A program made the position numbers and the translations under genes. The notes below the pieces were generated by a model. The model was not told the origin of the DNA. It searched no databases and worked only from the letters and a program-made list of their open reading frames with translations. Positions 23,340 to 37,496 of a stretch of DNA of 64,000 nucleotides are shown in pieces. Numbering within the stretch: the first letter of the stretch is position 1; each line of letters starts with the position of its first letter. This stretch comes from Felis catus (lineage: Eukaryota): assembly GCF_018350175.1 (NCBI RefSeq), contig NC_058368.1:168642001-168706000 (forward strand). Direction: 5' to 3'.

Positions 23340-24330
23340 AATTATCTGTAACAGTTCAGTTTGAATCTTTTTTTTTATATCTTCCATGTGTCTACTTAAA
23401 TACTTACTTTTTCCTTTGGTTTCTTGGAATACAGTTATAGTAGTTGTTTTATCCTTTCTTTCTTTTATCATCTGTGTTACTTCTGGGGTCAGTTTTGATT
23501 GACTAATTGTTCTGCATCCTTATGCTTGGTAGTCTTTGATTTGATACCAAGCATTATGAATTTTACCTATTTAGGTACTGGGTATTTATATATTTTTAGA
23601 AATATTCTTGAACTTCATTTTGGGATTGGCGACAGTTGGTTACTTGGAGACAGTTTTATCTTTTTGGCTCTTGCTTTTAATTTGTTATGTGGATCAGAGC
23701 TACTTGTATTCTAGGATGAATTTATCTCTTCTACTGAGGCAAGATCATTCTCAGTACTCAAAGGATGCTCCTGATATTATGAGATTTTACATTTTAGGTG
23801 TTAGGCCCTGGCACAATTCCATGGTCTTATGTGAGCTCTAGACAGTATTCCGTGTGATCACTGTAGGTGGGTTATTACCTTGGCGTAGAGTAGTCTCCTC
23901 GTATTTGTGAGCTAATCAGTACTTAGCTAAACGATCAAGGGAGAACCTTTGCAGATCTGCTGAGTTTTCTTTTTGTGCAGCTCTGTTCTCTGTACTACTC
24001 AGTCCTTGTCTCTTCTCCAGTAATCTGTCTTGGTGTCTCTGTGCTTTGAACTCTGTCTCTTTAACTTACAGAGATAGATTGCTGAGTTCTGCTTGGCTCT
24101 TCCAACTTGGGTTTTAGCCTGGACATTTTCTCCATTCAGTAAGCTGGGATAACCTTAGGGCTCAGTTCATTGATCTGTAGACTCTCTCAAGGTTTACTGT
24201 CCTTCACTGCGTGATGTCCAGCGGCTTGAATGCTGTTGTTTCATGTATTTTGCCCAGTTTTTAGTTGTTTTATGCAGATGGATAAAGCAATGACTGTTTC
24301 TCTATGTTGACTGAAAGCAGAAGTCTTTTA
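23340..24330 (-). mobile_element. Old L1M 5' region relic
   Basis: Shares cagtt..gttacttgga..cag.tt.atc.tttt and downstream motifs with 32640-33290. Confidence 0.6.
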
Positions 24331-25598
24331 TCCAGTGATTTTTATGTCTTCATTTCAAAAAATTAAAATGTACAGCAGATTTTCAAGAATAAAACAAAGA
24401 TATCTCTGTAAACTCTATTCATTAATTGTTAACATTTTGCCATATAAACTCTTTAGTTTGCTTTCTCTGTCAATATAATTATATATTACTTTTTTTCTTG
24501 AATGATTTGTGAATTAGTTGAACACATCATGTTCTTTTATTCTTAAATATTTATTTAAGTATTTTCTGAGACTATATCCACAATGTAATCAAACTTTGGA
24601 AATTTAGCATCATTACCATGCTATTATCAAAAACATATTCCATATTCAACTTTTGTCAATTGTCCTAGTAATGTCCCTTTTTGACATTTTTTTAAACCCT
24701 GATTCAAGATGTAATCCAGAATAACTCATTTCATTTAATTGTTTTGTCTCTTAAGTTCCAAATGTAGAACATGATTGTAAGAAATCATATTCTGTGTTTT
24801 GGTAATTTTCTTTTTTTTACTAAAAGTTATTTTGAAGTGTGTACATTGTCTTTAATTCTGAGGGCATGGCTTTTGGGAGGTTTTATTTTTCCCTTTTTGT
24901 TTGTATTGTTTTGGGGAAATTTTGGGAGATAGAAGCCTCAGTAGTTATGTTTGCTTTCAATTACTTGGACTGTTTCCCCATCGTTCTTTGAGCACATTTT
25001 TTATTTTCTGGCATACTAAGATATCCCAGGCTCATCTTGAATGTTCCCTTTTCCAGTCCTGGAATAAACCCTTTCCCCTAGGATCCTGCTTCCTTCTATG
25101 ACAGAGAATATTTACATATTCAACCAATTTACTGCATATGAAATCTTATGTCTCGTAGTATTTTGCAATCACAAACAATACTGCAAAAAAAAACTTTGTT
25201 ACAGATGTGTTTTTGTGTATTATGAGTATTTTCAGGGTAAATTTCTGGAAATGAGATTTCTAGGTCGAAGTGTAAATGTCCATGTCATTTTGTCATATAT
25301 TTCCATTGTAATTATGAATTTATTTTGTAGCTCTTGTACAATTTGGTATATCCACTAGGAATATCTGAAAGTGCCAGTTTTTATTTAATCTGTGCAAGAG
25401 AATATATTGTCAGACTTTAGAATTTCTGTTAGTCTGGTAGGTAAAAAATGATATCTAGTGTAGCTTTATTTTATATTTCTCTGATTATGAGTGAAATTAA
25501 ACATCTCTTCATGTGTTTAACAATTATATTATTTTGAGGACCTTTAAGGTATATTTTACTTTGTGTTTTCTTATTCATTAAAATTACACCTGTCAGAA

Positions 25599-27913
25599 AT
25601 AAAAGATATTATAATGGGAAAGGAAGAAGTGAAATTGTCTCTGTTTGTAGATGGTACAGTTTTATACATAGAAAACCCTAAAGACTACACCAAAAAACTG
25701 TTAGAACTAATAAATTCAGTAAAGTTAAAGGATACAAAAGCAACATAAAAAATCAGTTGTGTTTCTATACACTATTAATGAACTATTAGAAAAAGAAATA
25801 AAGACAATAACCAATTTATAATAGCATCAAAAAAATACTTAGGAATAATTTATCCAAGGAGGTGAAAGATCTGTATACTGAAAAATTGTAAGACATGAAA
25901 GAAATTGAAGAAGACACAAATAAGTGGAAAAATATTCTGTGCTAATGGATTGGAGGAGTTAATATCGTTAAAATGTCCTTATTCCCCAAAGCTGTCTATA
26001 GAGTCAGTGCAATCCTTATCAAAATCCCAATGGGATTTTTTACAGAAATAGAACAAACAATCCTAAATTTGGATGGAACCACAAAGACCCCACAGTGGCT
26101 CAAGATTAGCCACAGTAATCTTGAGAAGGAAGAACCAGATGGATACATCAAATTCCTGATTGCAAACTTTACTGTAAAGGTAAAACAATCAGAACATATG
26201 GTATGGCATAAAAACAGGCATGTGGACCAGTAAAATAGAATTGAGAGCCCAGAAATAAACCCATGTGTATATCATCAATTAACATTTAACAAGAGAGCCA
26301 ATAATAGTCTTTTCAACTGGATGGCTCAGTTGGTTAAGTGTCCAACTTTGGCTCAGGTCATGATCTCATGGTTCGAGAGTTTGAGCCCCACATTGGATTC
26401 TGCACTGCCAGTGCAGAGCCTGCCTGGGATTCTTTCTCTGCCTCTCTCTCTTTCAAAATAAATAAACTTAAAAAAATAAATAAATGGTGTTGGGAAAGCT
26501 GGATATTGACATGCAAAATAATGAAATTGGACCCCTCTCCTACACCACTCACAAAAGTTAAGTCAAAATGGCTTCAAAACTAAATATAAGACCCTCAGCT
26601 GTAAAACTACTAGAAGAAAACATAGGGGAAAAGCTCCTTGACATTGGTCTTGACAACAGTGTTTTGGATATTGAACCAAAATAGCAAGCACCAAAAACAA
26701 AAATAAGTAAGCATCAAAAGTAAAAATAAAAGATTCTGCACAGAAATAAACATTCAGCGAAATTAATAGGTAACCTGGGAATGGGAGAAAATATTTGCAA
26801 ACCATCTATCTGGTACAGAGTTAGTTTTTAACATATAAGTAACTCATACAACTCAATAGCAAAAAAAAAAAAAATCCAATAAAAAATGGGTGGAAGATCT
26901 GAGTACAGTTTTCCAAAGAAGAGATAACAAATGGCCAACAGACACATGAAAAGAGTTCAACATCACTAATCATCAAGGAAATGCAAATCAAAAGCACAAT
27001 GAGATATTATTACTTCATACCTATTAGAATGGTTATTATCAAAGAGACAAGAGATAACAAGTTTTGGCAAGATTGTGGGGAAAAGAGAGTTCTTGTGTTC
27101 TGTTGCTGTGAATGTACATTGGTATAGCTACTTTGAAAAAAAGCATGGAGATTCCTCAAAAAATTAAAAATAGAACTAACATATGTAGAACTAACATATG
27201 ATCCAGTAACCCCCACTTCTGGATATATATCTGAAGGAAATGAAATTATTATCTTGAAAAGATATCTGTCCCCTTGTGTTCATTGCAACATTGTTTACAA
27301 TAGCCAAGATATGGAAGTAACCTAAGCATCCATCAATGAATGAATGGATAAAGAAAATGTGGTATATATATATACAATGGAATATTATTTGGTTATAAAA
27401 AAGAAGGAAATCCTCCCTTTTGTCATAGCATGAGTGGATCTTGAGGGTATTTTGCTAAGTGAAATAAGTCAGAGTAAGACAAATGCTATATATTCTTACT
27501 TATATGTGGAATCTAAAATGGCCAACTCATACAAATAGAGATAAGAATGGTGGTTACGAGAAACTGGGAGGTGAAGAGGGTGGGAGAGAAGTGAGGAGAT
27601 GTTGATCAAAGGGTACAAACTTCCAGCCATAAGATGAATAATTTCTGGGGATGTGAGGTACATCATGTGATGATATTTAATAGTACCATGTTATATACTT
27701 GAAAGTTGTTAAGAGAGTAGATCTTAAATGTTATCACCACAGGATAAAAAGAATGATTAATGTGAGGGGATATGGAGGTGTTAAGTGACCCTACTATGGT
27801 AATCACTTTGCAATATATACATGTATCAAATCATTGTGTTGTACACCTTAAACTTGCATGTATTATATGTTACTAATATCCCAATAAATCTGAACAAAAA
27901 TAAGTAAATATAC
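25599..27913 (+). mobile_element. L1MA-like LINE, 5'-truncated, sense to FER
   Basis: Degenerate RT translation ([21 protein letters not shown]). AATAAA at 27883. TSD aattacacct(g/a)tcagaa at 25582-25598 and 27914-27930. Confidence 0.93.
26317..26480 (+). mobile_element. 5'-clipped CAN-SINE nested in the L1
   Basis: ctggatggctcagttggttaagtgtcc...aaataaataaac interrupts the L1 sequence ttttcaa|taaatggtg. Confidence 0.9.
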
Positions 27914-28789
27914 AATTACACCTATCAGAATACAGGCAACTCTGCTGAAATAGTATAGTGGTACAGATAATTCTCAACACAACCTATTTGAAGGGACATA
28001 CCGGTTTATATTTTGAACACAAAGTAGAATGAAATATGGGCTATATTACATATGCTACATGGGAATCAAAAGTAATGAAAAGTATTTTGATGAACCAGCC
28101 TTATTATTTAGTAGTCACATAATAAACATACTGTAACTAGAACCTATATAACTAGATTTTCAACTGTATATATTTTAAGACTAATTCTTAAGTCTGAATG
28201 TGGAGTCAATTCTGCTGTAAAGCTTGATTTAAAAACATGAATTTGTTCCAATGCAATTGATATATTAGGGAATACTTTGAGCACAATGTGATTTTGTATT
28301 TATGCACACATCTGGAAGAAACACTAGGTGAATGATGAAAACTATCCAAATGAATAGAGCTGCTTAGGAATATATAAAACTCACATAGGCACACACATTC
28401 GTCATTTATTAGCTACCTCTGTTCATGTCTTGTGTTACAAGCCACACCCATCCACATGTGATATTGCAACTCTCCAAATTCAGATCACTCTTTCTACCAC
28501 TTCACAAAAACTTAACAGTCTTCAGCTCTTTTGCCACCTACTTTTGATAAGTCAACCTCAGGTCTTTTCAAAATAAAGTGCCATATATACTGTAGTACTT
28601 ATATATTTTGTTACCATTTAATATATGTAAAACCATGCAAAGTTTTTATTAGGTTCCTGTCTTTTTAAAAATGTGTCCCTGATAAATTTTTTGACTCTTG
28701 TGCATCGAACACCATTTTTTTTTATAAGCCCTGTGGTTTTTAATGTGTGATTTTGCATAACCCAGTGATGACTGGGGACACAAATGTTT

Positions 28790-28958
28790 TGTTAGAGCAG
28801 AACTAGTATATTAGAATTACTTGGGAGCTTTGAAATACTGATCCTTGGGCCCCATCCAAAACCTATGAAATTAGAATCTGTGGTCATGGGATTCAAGATT
28901 TGGTATTTTTAAAACGCTGCCAGGTAATTCTTATTGCAGGCAGAATTGTGACCCACTG
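28790..28958. mobile_element. MER5A-like hAT-Charlie MITE
   Basis: ttagaattacttgggagct...gggccccatcc...aaattagaatct...ccaggtaattct...ccactg. Confidence 0.7.
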
Positions 28959-31900
28959 GCCTGGGCAAACCAGAAAGCTTTGAAGAAAATGTAAAGACAG
29001 GCTCTTGTGTATGGGAAGTACTTTGCACTTGCAGTTCAATCTTTGCAATTCTCAGTTTTAGGGAAATTTAATGACTTGTCTCCTAGATTTCTTTATCTCA
29101 TAAGGATTCAGAAATTCCCAAAACATTCTTATGTAATAGACAAACTCTGAATAAAAACTGTTGTTTCAGAGAACTATTTATTTTGAATTATTTGGTGGCA
29201 CAGAAACTATGCATTCTTCATGGAATTTTTTTGTTGTGTCTTAAAAATATTCAACTTGGAAAGAAAGCAAGTTGGGAGATATGGTCTGTAGGGGAAACCT
29301 ATTTACAACAACTATTATTTAGGTATTTTTCAAGCTTGAGTCATTTTGTTGATTATTTTCAATGCTTTACTGTAATTACAGCTACAGTAGTAGTTTGTTC
29401 TTTGACTCAGTGTCCCAGGATAAATACTTTTTGGTATAATGAACTCAGAAGTTTAAATTACTTTTGGTTTATGTAATAGTGATTTACCTCACCACACAAC
29501 TGCTAGTTCAAAGGTGGAAAGCATGACTTGTTTTTCTAAAAGGTATATTTTTTCCCTATATGTAGGGAAAATTCAAAACTTAAAAATTGAGTGAAGTGCT
29601 TACTTTCTTTTAATATTGTATATTCATCCTAATATAGCTGATAGTATACCTAAGAGTCAAATAGGCATTTTAGGGTTTATGCTAATTATTTTGGAAATGT
29701 GTGATACTATGTAGTATATGCAATGTAGCATATGATCCCTTTTTTAAGAGGGATATAGGAGAGAATTAAATTTCTGTAAATGGAATCATTATTCCTCTTT
29801 TTCATTGTGAAATAAGAGACTCATTTATTTCTAGGAGATATTTTTGGTCACAAAATGACAATATAAAAAATCAAATTTAGGAATATAAAAAATCTTTTGA
29901 AAAATACATTTCAGGTAAAAACAGTATTTTATAATATAATAATACCATTCAGTTTACACATCAGGATTCTGAAAAATGTTCTAAAAATAAAAGTCTCACA
30001 CTAGTAATTTTGTTTTCTTGGGATAGGGAAATGTGTATTATATGTATGTTTATATTAAAGTAGTGCTATTTCTAGTTATCCAGTGTGGTGCTGGTATTGG
30101 TTAGACAGAAGATGATGATTTATTTCCTAATTGTTCTGCTTAAAGAGATTTTAAGTGTAGGTCATTATTTTAGTTAGAAAGCCAAATATAGTGCAAGGCC
30201 CCTTTTATTTTTACTTTCATATCAAGAATGACTCACTAATCTTGGCCTAAAAGGACTTCTTCACTTTAGATGTTACTCATGCTGCAAAGTAGGTGGCCTG
30301 AAGGGGAGATGGATTTTCCCTGTGGCTGTTGGCCTCTAATGATAAAGCACTAAATAAAGAGCAATCAATGATTACTGTGTAATTTGTAACCAGTTTGTAA
30401 AGTACTCTCATTAGTTTAGCTTAGATAGTTATTCTTTGGATGCATGTATTTTGGAGATGTAATAAAGATGAACATAATCTTTAGATGCAAATGTCTTTAG
30501 GTTACCATACTTCTGGGTCCTCCAGCATGTTAGGTTGTTTTGGATTTAGCACATTCAGAGGCAGATTTAATAGCTGTATGACCTTGACAGATGATTTAAT
30601 CTCTCTGACACCATTTATAAGATGAAGATATTTGCCTCAGAGTGTTGATATAAGGAGTATATAAGATAAAGCCTATAGTCTAGAAGAAGTCGATAGCATT
30701 AAAAAGGAGGAGCGGAGGGTGGTCTAGACAAGCAAGGTTAGCTTTAATAGGGGTGAGGTTGGGGAGAAGAAAGGGAAACCATAACCCCTCCTCTTGGTTC
30801 TGAGTTACACAGGTTGTGAGAGAAGAAAACAACATTTATTTTACAGAGTTTCAGAGAGAGAGAGAGGGTCCTAAGTATAGAGTCTGGTTCATAACTTCTG
30901 GGAGCAAATACACAATTTTAAGTTTTTTCCCTCAGAAGTTTATATGAGGGTTTTTTTTAAAGAGATTAGATTGAGCAGTAGCTCGAAGTGTTGGCTGGAT
31001 TCGGGGAGGAAAAAGAAGCCTGCTTTTAAAGAGATGTCAAGCTGAAAGAGCCAATCAAGGAGATTTCGGGGATACAGGAAATAGGGGATAACAGAACAAC
31101 TGCCTTAAGACATGGATGGGGAACAGGAATAGGATGCAACGGTTTGGAAAACCGGAGTATCACACTGAAGCTAGAGGGAGTAAGTAAGCATTTCCAGAAG
31201 CAGTACTGTAATTTATTGTTTTCTTTAAAACGTCCAAATAGGTCAGCCCTGTATTAACAAAAAACCACTAGAGCTGGATCAACAAAGTAATCTTCTATGG
31301 ACATGAGCTATAAAACTCAAGGAGTTTATGAGGATGACAGTATAGAGGGAAGTAGCTAAGGAGAGAAAAATCGTATGGTGCAAGGGCTGGAGAAGACTGC
31401 AGAGGTCTTTAGCTCAGCACCTAACTTTTTGGTGGGAGCCACTGCTGAGGTTATGTGATTTGCTTCTGAAGGGCAAAGGTGACTCTGGCCTGTTATCTTT
31501 CTGGATCTTATTCTGGAAGAACGAGAATTGTGGCTTTTAAGTCCAAGAACAAAAGCAGATGAAGGGTACTGAGGCTAGGAAGCTGGGAGAAAAAGTGGTG
31601 AGCAAGAAAAGGTGATGTAGTTTTCTTCCTGGCCTGATCTGTGTTTAGATATCTAGACTTACTCTTATTAGTAGCAGTAGCAATAGCAATATTTTGGTAG
31701 TCATGTGGTCTCTGGAAATGGCTATCTTCTGAGATTGGACAATGAGTGAGCTAATGTAGCTCAGTGTATTATGTGGTACCAGTCTTTGGAATCCAACTAG
31801 TGACTTTAATTATAATGATTATTTTTATTTTATTTTATCTTAAAAATATTTATTTTTTGTTTACCTAGTATTTTTATTTGGGATTTCTTTTGGTTATTGT

Positions 31901-32334
31901 GTTAGTGTTTGATAACCTTAGAATTTATAGTACTTGAAGTAACAAGGGCTGGAAAGTTTTGACCCTTCCATTGTTAGAAAGGCTTTACATTTACTTAGAG
32001 AAGCCGAAATTCCCTTGCCGTTGAAGGACATACTTATCACAGATGATCCATCCTTCTCTGACTCACCAAATAATTTCATTTTTTGGTTCTTTAAAATCTC
32101 CCACCAGATGAGAATATACCTGCTGTTCTAGATACTGTGACATAAACTATGCAGGGAAGGAAACTAGTGTATTCCTGCTACAGGGGAAGAAAATTTGAAT
32201 GTTGTAAGAAAAAATCAGAGATCTCCAGGAACTCCTCAAATGAATTATAAAATTGACAGGGTTTTGTATACATAACTAGCTTATTTTATGAAGATTATTA
32301 TACTATCATTATGAAATGTTTGAAATGTTCCAAG

Positions 32335-33413
32335 GCTATTTGCCTCAGATGTGGTACTGACAGTGTGTTTTCTTTCATGCTTCGTGTTTGGATTCACTGA
32401 GCTTTTTGAATCTGTGAATTTTTTGTTTTTCATTGAGTTTTCACTGTTTTCAGCTATTATTTCTTAAAATACTTTTCCTATTCCTCCTCTGTCTCCTTGG
32501 AAGTTCCTTATTACGTGTATAATTAGATGTCTATGAGGTGTTCTGCAGCCCACTGATACTCTGTTTATTTCTGGATTCTTTTTTCTCTAAGTTTCATTTT
32601 TGATAGTTTATATGGCTTTGTTTTGTTGATTTTTGTGAGGGAGCACAGTTAAGTTACTTGGAAAGAGCTTGATCCTTTTGGATCTTGATTTTAATTTCCT
32701 TAGGCAGGGTCAGAGCAGTGTTAATTCTGGGGCTAGTGACTCCTCACTGCCAGAGCTCTTCCCAGTACCCATGAATTATGAGTTTTTTGGGAGTGGCTGG
32801 TAGGAATGCACTATTCCTGACCATATGTGAACAGTAGGTACTGTGCCTGTAATCTTTTCAGCTAGTTTCCCCCCAGCTCGTGTAATTTCCCCATGGGCAT
32901 TCACTGACCAGTTTTCTGCCAAATACCAGAGTGAGGCTCACTGCAGATGTCCAGGCTTCTCTGTGTGCCTCCATCCTCTCCAGGAGTCAGTGTGCCTTGA
33001 ACTCTAGCTGCCTTGTTCTTCCCAGACTCTCTGTTCTGCCTCCTCAACTCTAGGATTCTGCTCACACCTCCTTTGGTTTCTCCTCCCTGTGGGGCGGCCT
33101 CTAAGTCAGTAAGTCAGGGCAATTGTAGGGTTCATCTTGTTTGTTTTTTTCTCTCAGTGATCACTTCATATCTTTCACTGCCTGAAATCTAGTATCTTGA
33201 AAACTGTTATTTCTTATATTTTGTCCATTTTTTTTTTCAGGTGAAAGAGTAAATTTGGTCCCTGTTATCCCCTCTTGGCTGATTTTATTTTAAAATATTT
33301 TCCTAAAAGCATTTTATTTTTCTTCTGGTAAGGTGTAATTAGTATTTATAAAATCAGACTATTTATTTAGAATTCAAGATAATTCAGATCCAATGAGGCT
33401 TTGCATTATTGTT

Positions 33414-33446
<33 letters not shown>

Positions 33447-33830
33447 AACACACGCAAGCAGTGCGAGGCCCAGAGTTTTCTCTTTGACTTTTAATTTGCC
33501 CCCTATAATGGCCATGTCACTCCCCTGCCAAGTTTCTATAATTGGACATTGTAATTAGTATAAAGTCAAACTTTTTACTATGACTTTTAAGTTTATACTT
33601 GTTCTGGTCTTACGCTCTGATTTTCTCCTTGCACTTCCCTTAGGAAAGTACTTCCAGGCAGAAAAGTGGGGCAATTTCAGGTCTTTCATTTTTCTTTAGG
33701 GTTCCAATCCTGTGCTGCCTGTTTTCCTGTATCTAAAAACAGTTTCATATATATTATGCTCACTTTTGTAGTTTTAGTGGGAAGATGGGTTTGATTCTAG
33801 TTACTATGTCAAGGCTGGAAGAAGTCCCTT
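32335..33830 (-). mobile_element. Old L1M 5'/ORF1 relic fragments
   Basis: Antisense ORF1-like T-rich sequence, with 5' motifs shared with 23340-24330. Confidence 0.6.
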
Positions 33831-34241
33831 ACTTTAGTTGCTATTTTCTCTCTTCTTTCTAGCCTTCTTCCTAGCACAAAGGAATCATGGTTAATGATTA
33901 TTGGTTTCTTTTGGCTCATTTGTGAGTATCTGCTAATATTCATGATTAATTTGTTAATTCTAAATTACTAATACATAGAAATATAAGCAGTTCTGGAAGG
34001 ATCTGTACTTCATATTTTATACCTGTTTGCTACTGTATGTGTCTCAATGGAATAAAATGGAAGTATTCTATCATTTAATTAAAAAATTAATTTAGACTTT
34101 ATTTCCCCAAAGTAAGTTAAACTTACTTTCCTTATGGAAGAGCTGCTAATATTTTCTATTATCTTTGAGTAGATATTGTTTTATATTTTCTCATACTACC
34201 AAGTAATGATTAAAAAAAAAAACTCACCTTGTCCTGTATCT

Positions 34242-34242
<1 letters not shown>

Positions 34243-34295
<53 letters not shown>
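34243..34295. repeat. (TTTC)n tetranucleotide microsatellite
   Basis: Directly visible, about 13 units. Confidence 0.97.
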
Positions 34296-34296
<1 letters not shown>

Positions 34297-34327
34297 GTAT
34301 TATTTTTGGGGGGAAATACCAACATTT

Positions 34328-34568
34328 CTTTTTTTTTTTTAAAGGTTATTTATTTATTTTGAGAGAGAGCAAAAGAGCATACGAATCACCAGTTGGGAAG
34401 GGTATGAGCTGGGAGGGGCAGAGAGGGAGAGGGATTAGAGAGAATCTAACAGGTTTCATGCTATTAGCAGAGAGCACTTTGTGGGGCTAGAACTCACCAA
34501 CCATGAGATCATGACATGAGCCGAAATCAAGAGTCAAAGGCTTAACTGACTGAGCCACCCAGGGGCTC
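34328..34568 (-). mobile_element. CAN-SINE
   Basis: T-tail, tttatttattttgagaga and head ctgagccacccaggggctcc. Confidence 0.9.
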
Positions 34569-35104
34569 CTGTATTATTTTACTTTAGATATAATTTTGGC
34601 TTCTAGTGTGATGATTGATTCCTGTTATGCATGAGAGCTGCGATTTAATTTCATGGAAGCATCTGTACTAAATTTGGAGTGATACAGTCGAGGCTGGTGT
34701 TTCATATTTTAGGAGGCTCTATATTTGGAAGTGCTATTGTACTGTTAGGTCACAGTGTGCATGTATTTTGAACAGCTTGTAGATGGAATTTGACATAGTA
34801 CATAAATCATTTTGTTTTCGATTATTTCTGATATTTAAATTTTCCAAGGCAATTCAGGTTTGAAGACAAAAAGAGTATTGTTTTTTATCTTTTCCACATG
34901 TCAAATATAGTCATCTTTATTTTTATTGTTATTTTTTTGTTGTTGCATAAGCCTGTACAAGATGTTTATTTATCTTCTAGAGATAACATTGTACTCTGTA
35001 AACTATTTTTCAGTTTGACTTTTTAACCTAATTATATACCTTGGACTTTCTCTATATCATTTCACATGAAGTTACCTTAATTTAAAAAGATATATATATT
35101 TGTT

Positions 35105-35799
35105 AATGTTTATTTCATTTTTTTAACTTTATTTTTTATTTTTTAAAATTTACATCCAAATTAGCATATAGTGAAACAATGATTTCAGGGGTAGATTCCT
35201 TAATGCCCCTGACCCATTTAGCCCATCCCCCTTCCCACAACCCCTGCAGCAACCCTCAGTTTGTTCTCCATATTTATGAGTCTCTTCTGTTTTGTCCCCC
35301 TCCCTGTTTTTATATTAGTTTTGTTTCCCTTCCCTTATGTTCATCTGTTTTTGTCTCTTAACGTTCCCATGTGAGTGAAGTCATATGATTTTTGTCTTTC
35401 TCTGACTGACTCATTTCACTTAGCATAATACCCTCCAGTTCCATGCACATAGTTGCAAATGGCAAGATTTCATTCTTTTTGCTTGCCAAGTAATACTCCA
35501 TTGTGTATCTATATCTATATCTATATCTATATCTATATCTATATCTATATCTAAATCTATACACCATACTTCTTTATCCATTCATCCATCGATGGACATT
35601 TTGGGCTCCTTCCATACTTTGGCTATTGTTGATAGTGCTGCTATAAACATGGGGGTGCATGTGTCCCTTTGAAACAGCATACCCATATCCCTTGGATAAA
35701 TGCCTAGTAGTGCAGTTGCTGGGTCGTGGGGTAGTTCATTTTTAGTGTTTTGAGGAACCTCCATACTATTTTCCAGAGTGGATGCACCAGTTTGCATTC
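35105..35799 (-). mobile_element. Carnivore L1 3' end with internal (ATCTAT)n
   Basis: [21 protein letters not shown]. 3'UTR is very similar to the copies at ~3450 and ~42180. Confidence 0.93.
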
Positions 35800-36169
35800 G
35801 CATCTTTGCCACTTTTTGATGTCTCTGTTATGGTGATTTTAGGAAGTTTTTTTAATTCTCAGTGCTTAGAAACATTTTAGGTAGTACCAAAGGTATCTAA
35901 TTCATAAAGGTTTAAAATTATTTGTTAGCAAACATTTTGAGCTTTGTGGCTTCTTAGAGATATTTTATGGATAATTGGTTTATGATAACTATGTAGTTCA
36001 TGGTTATTGATCTCTTTGAATTTGCTGTCTGTAAAAGTAAGGATTCATTTAGAAAAAATAAAACCTAAATTAGGTAGATTGTTTTCTTTCTTTTCTTGCT
36101 TTTTTTCAGTAGATAGGATTTGATGTAGAGAAATATGTATAAGAGTTTTGTAGTATTGGGGTTTCAAAA

Positions 36170-36409
36170 TAGGTGAAAGAAATTAAGAGGTACAAACTCC
36201 CAGTTATAAATTAAATAAGTCACGGGGATGTAGAGTTCAGCACAGAGAATATTGTCACTACTGTTGTAAATAATAACCTTGTATGGGGGCGCCTGTGTGG
36301 CTCATTTGGTTGAGCGTCTGCCTTTGGCTCAGGTCATGATCTCATGGTTTCGTGAGTTCTAGCCCCAGGTGGGGCTCTGTGCATTGACCACAGGGAGCCT
36401 GCTTGGCAT

Positions 36410-36449
<40 letters not shown>

Positions 36450-36660
36450 CTTCCCCCATTCACACGGGCTCACTCGCTCTCTCAAAGTAAATAAATAATT
36501 AAAAAATAATAATAACCTTGTATGGTGACAGATGGAAAGTACACTTGTAGGGAGCATTTCTTAGTGTATGTAAAGTTGAACTACTATGTTATATACCTGA
36601 AACTAATATAATATTATATGTCAATTAAAGATAACAAAAACATATTTAAAAAATAAACCA
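36170..36660 (+). mobile_element. L1MA-like 3'UTR interrupted by a SINE
   Basis: gaggtacaaactcccagttataaa...tacctgaaactaatataatatt. Confidence 0.75.
36287..36507 (+). mobile_element. CAN-SINE
   Basis: Perfect 18-bp TSD aataataaccttgtatgg at 36269-36286 and 36508-36525. Confidence 0.96.
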
Positions 36661-37295
36661 ATAAAAGGTAGATTAATAGGAGAAAAGCAGTTTTTCTCAA
36701 AGATTTTATAATTTTTTTCTTAATCTCTGGTTATTTCTTATTTCCTAGACTTAACTTTAGATACTTTATTATCTTTTTTCCTCATTATTGTCAGCTCTCT
36801 CTTTTAGTGTTATTAACATTTTTTCTGTTTGTTTTTGTTTTTGATGAATTAATACATACTTTTTGTTTTTTGCTTTTCATTTCCTTCTTTGTATTTTCCT
36901 TAGATTTTATAGTGTTCTTCCTTTCCCAATTTCTAAAATTGAACATTTAATAAATTTATTTTTATTCTTACTTAGAAATGGAACTATAAAGTTTGTGAAT
37001 CTTTCGGCAGATTGAGCTCTGTATCATAGATTTTGGTAGTCAGTATTTTATTTACTGTTATTTTCTAGGTCTTATGTTAGTTTTACAAACTTTACTATTT
37101 GGCCTATCCATTTTTTAGAAATGATTTAATTATTTTTTTCTTAAAAAATTCTGTCAGTGATTTTTTCTTTGCTTCTTTTCCTTGTAAGAGGCTAGATAGA
37201 AAGTATAGTTAGTATGTACTATTTTCTATTGAAGAAATTTATAAATTTTTTTGTAGTATAATATCATCTAATTTTTAAGAATATTCCATAGATTT

Positions 37296-37496
37296 GGGGC
37301 ACCTGACTTAGTCAGTTAAGCATCTGACTCTCAATTTCAGCTCAGATCATGATCTCATGGTTTGTGGGATCGAGCCATGCATCAGGCTCCACGCTGACAG
37401 CATAGAGCCTGCTTAGGATTCTCTCTCATCCTGTCAATCTCTGCTCTTCCCCTGCTCACTCACTCTCTGTCTCAAAATAAAGAAAGTTAAAAAAAT
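37296..37496 (+). mobile_element. CAN-SINE
   Basis: Perfect 16-bp TSD gaatattccatagatt at 37279-37294 and 37497-37512. Confidence 0.95.

Noticed and set aside
30690..31210. Purine-rich segment with CCAAT, possibly a solo LTR
   Set aside because: I could not identify TG...CA termini, a TSD or a family. It needs RepeatMasker.
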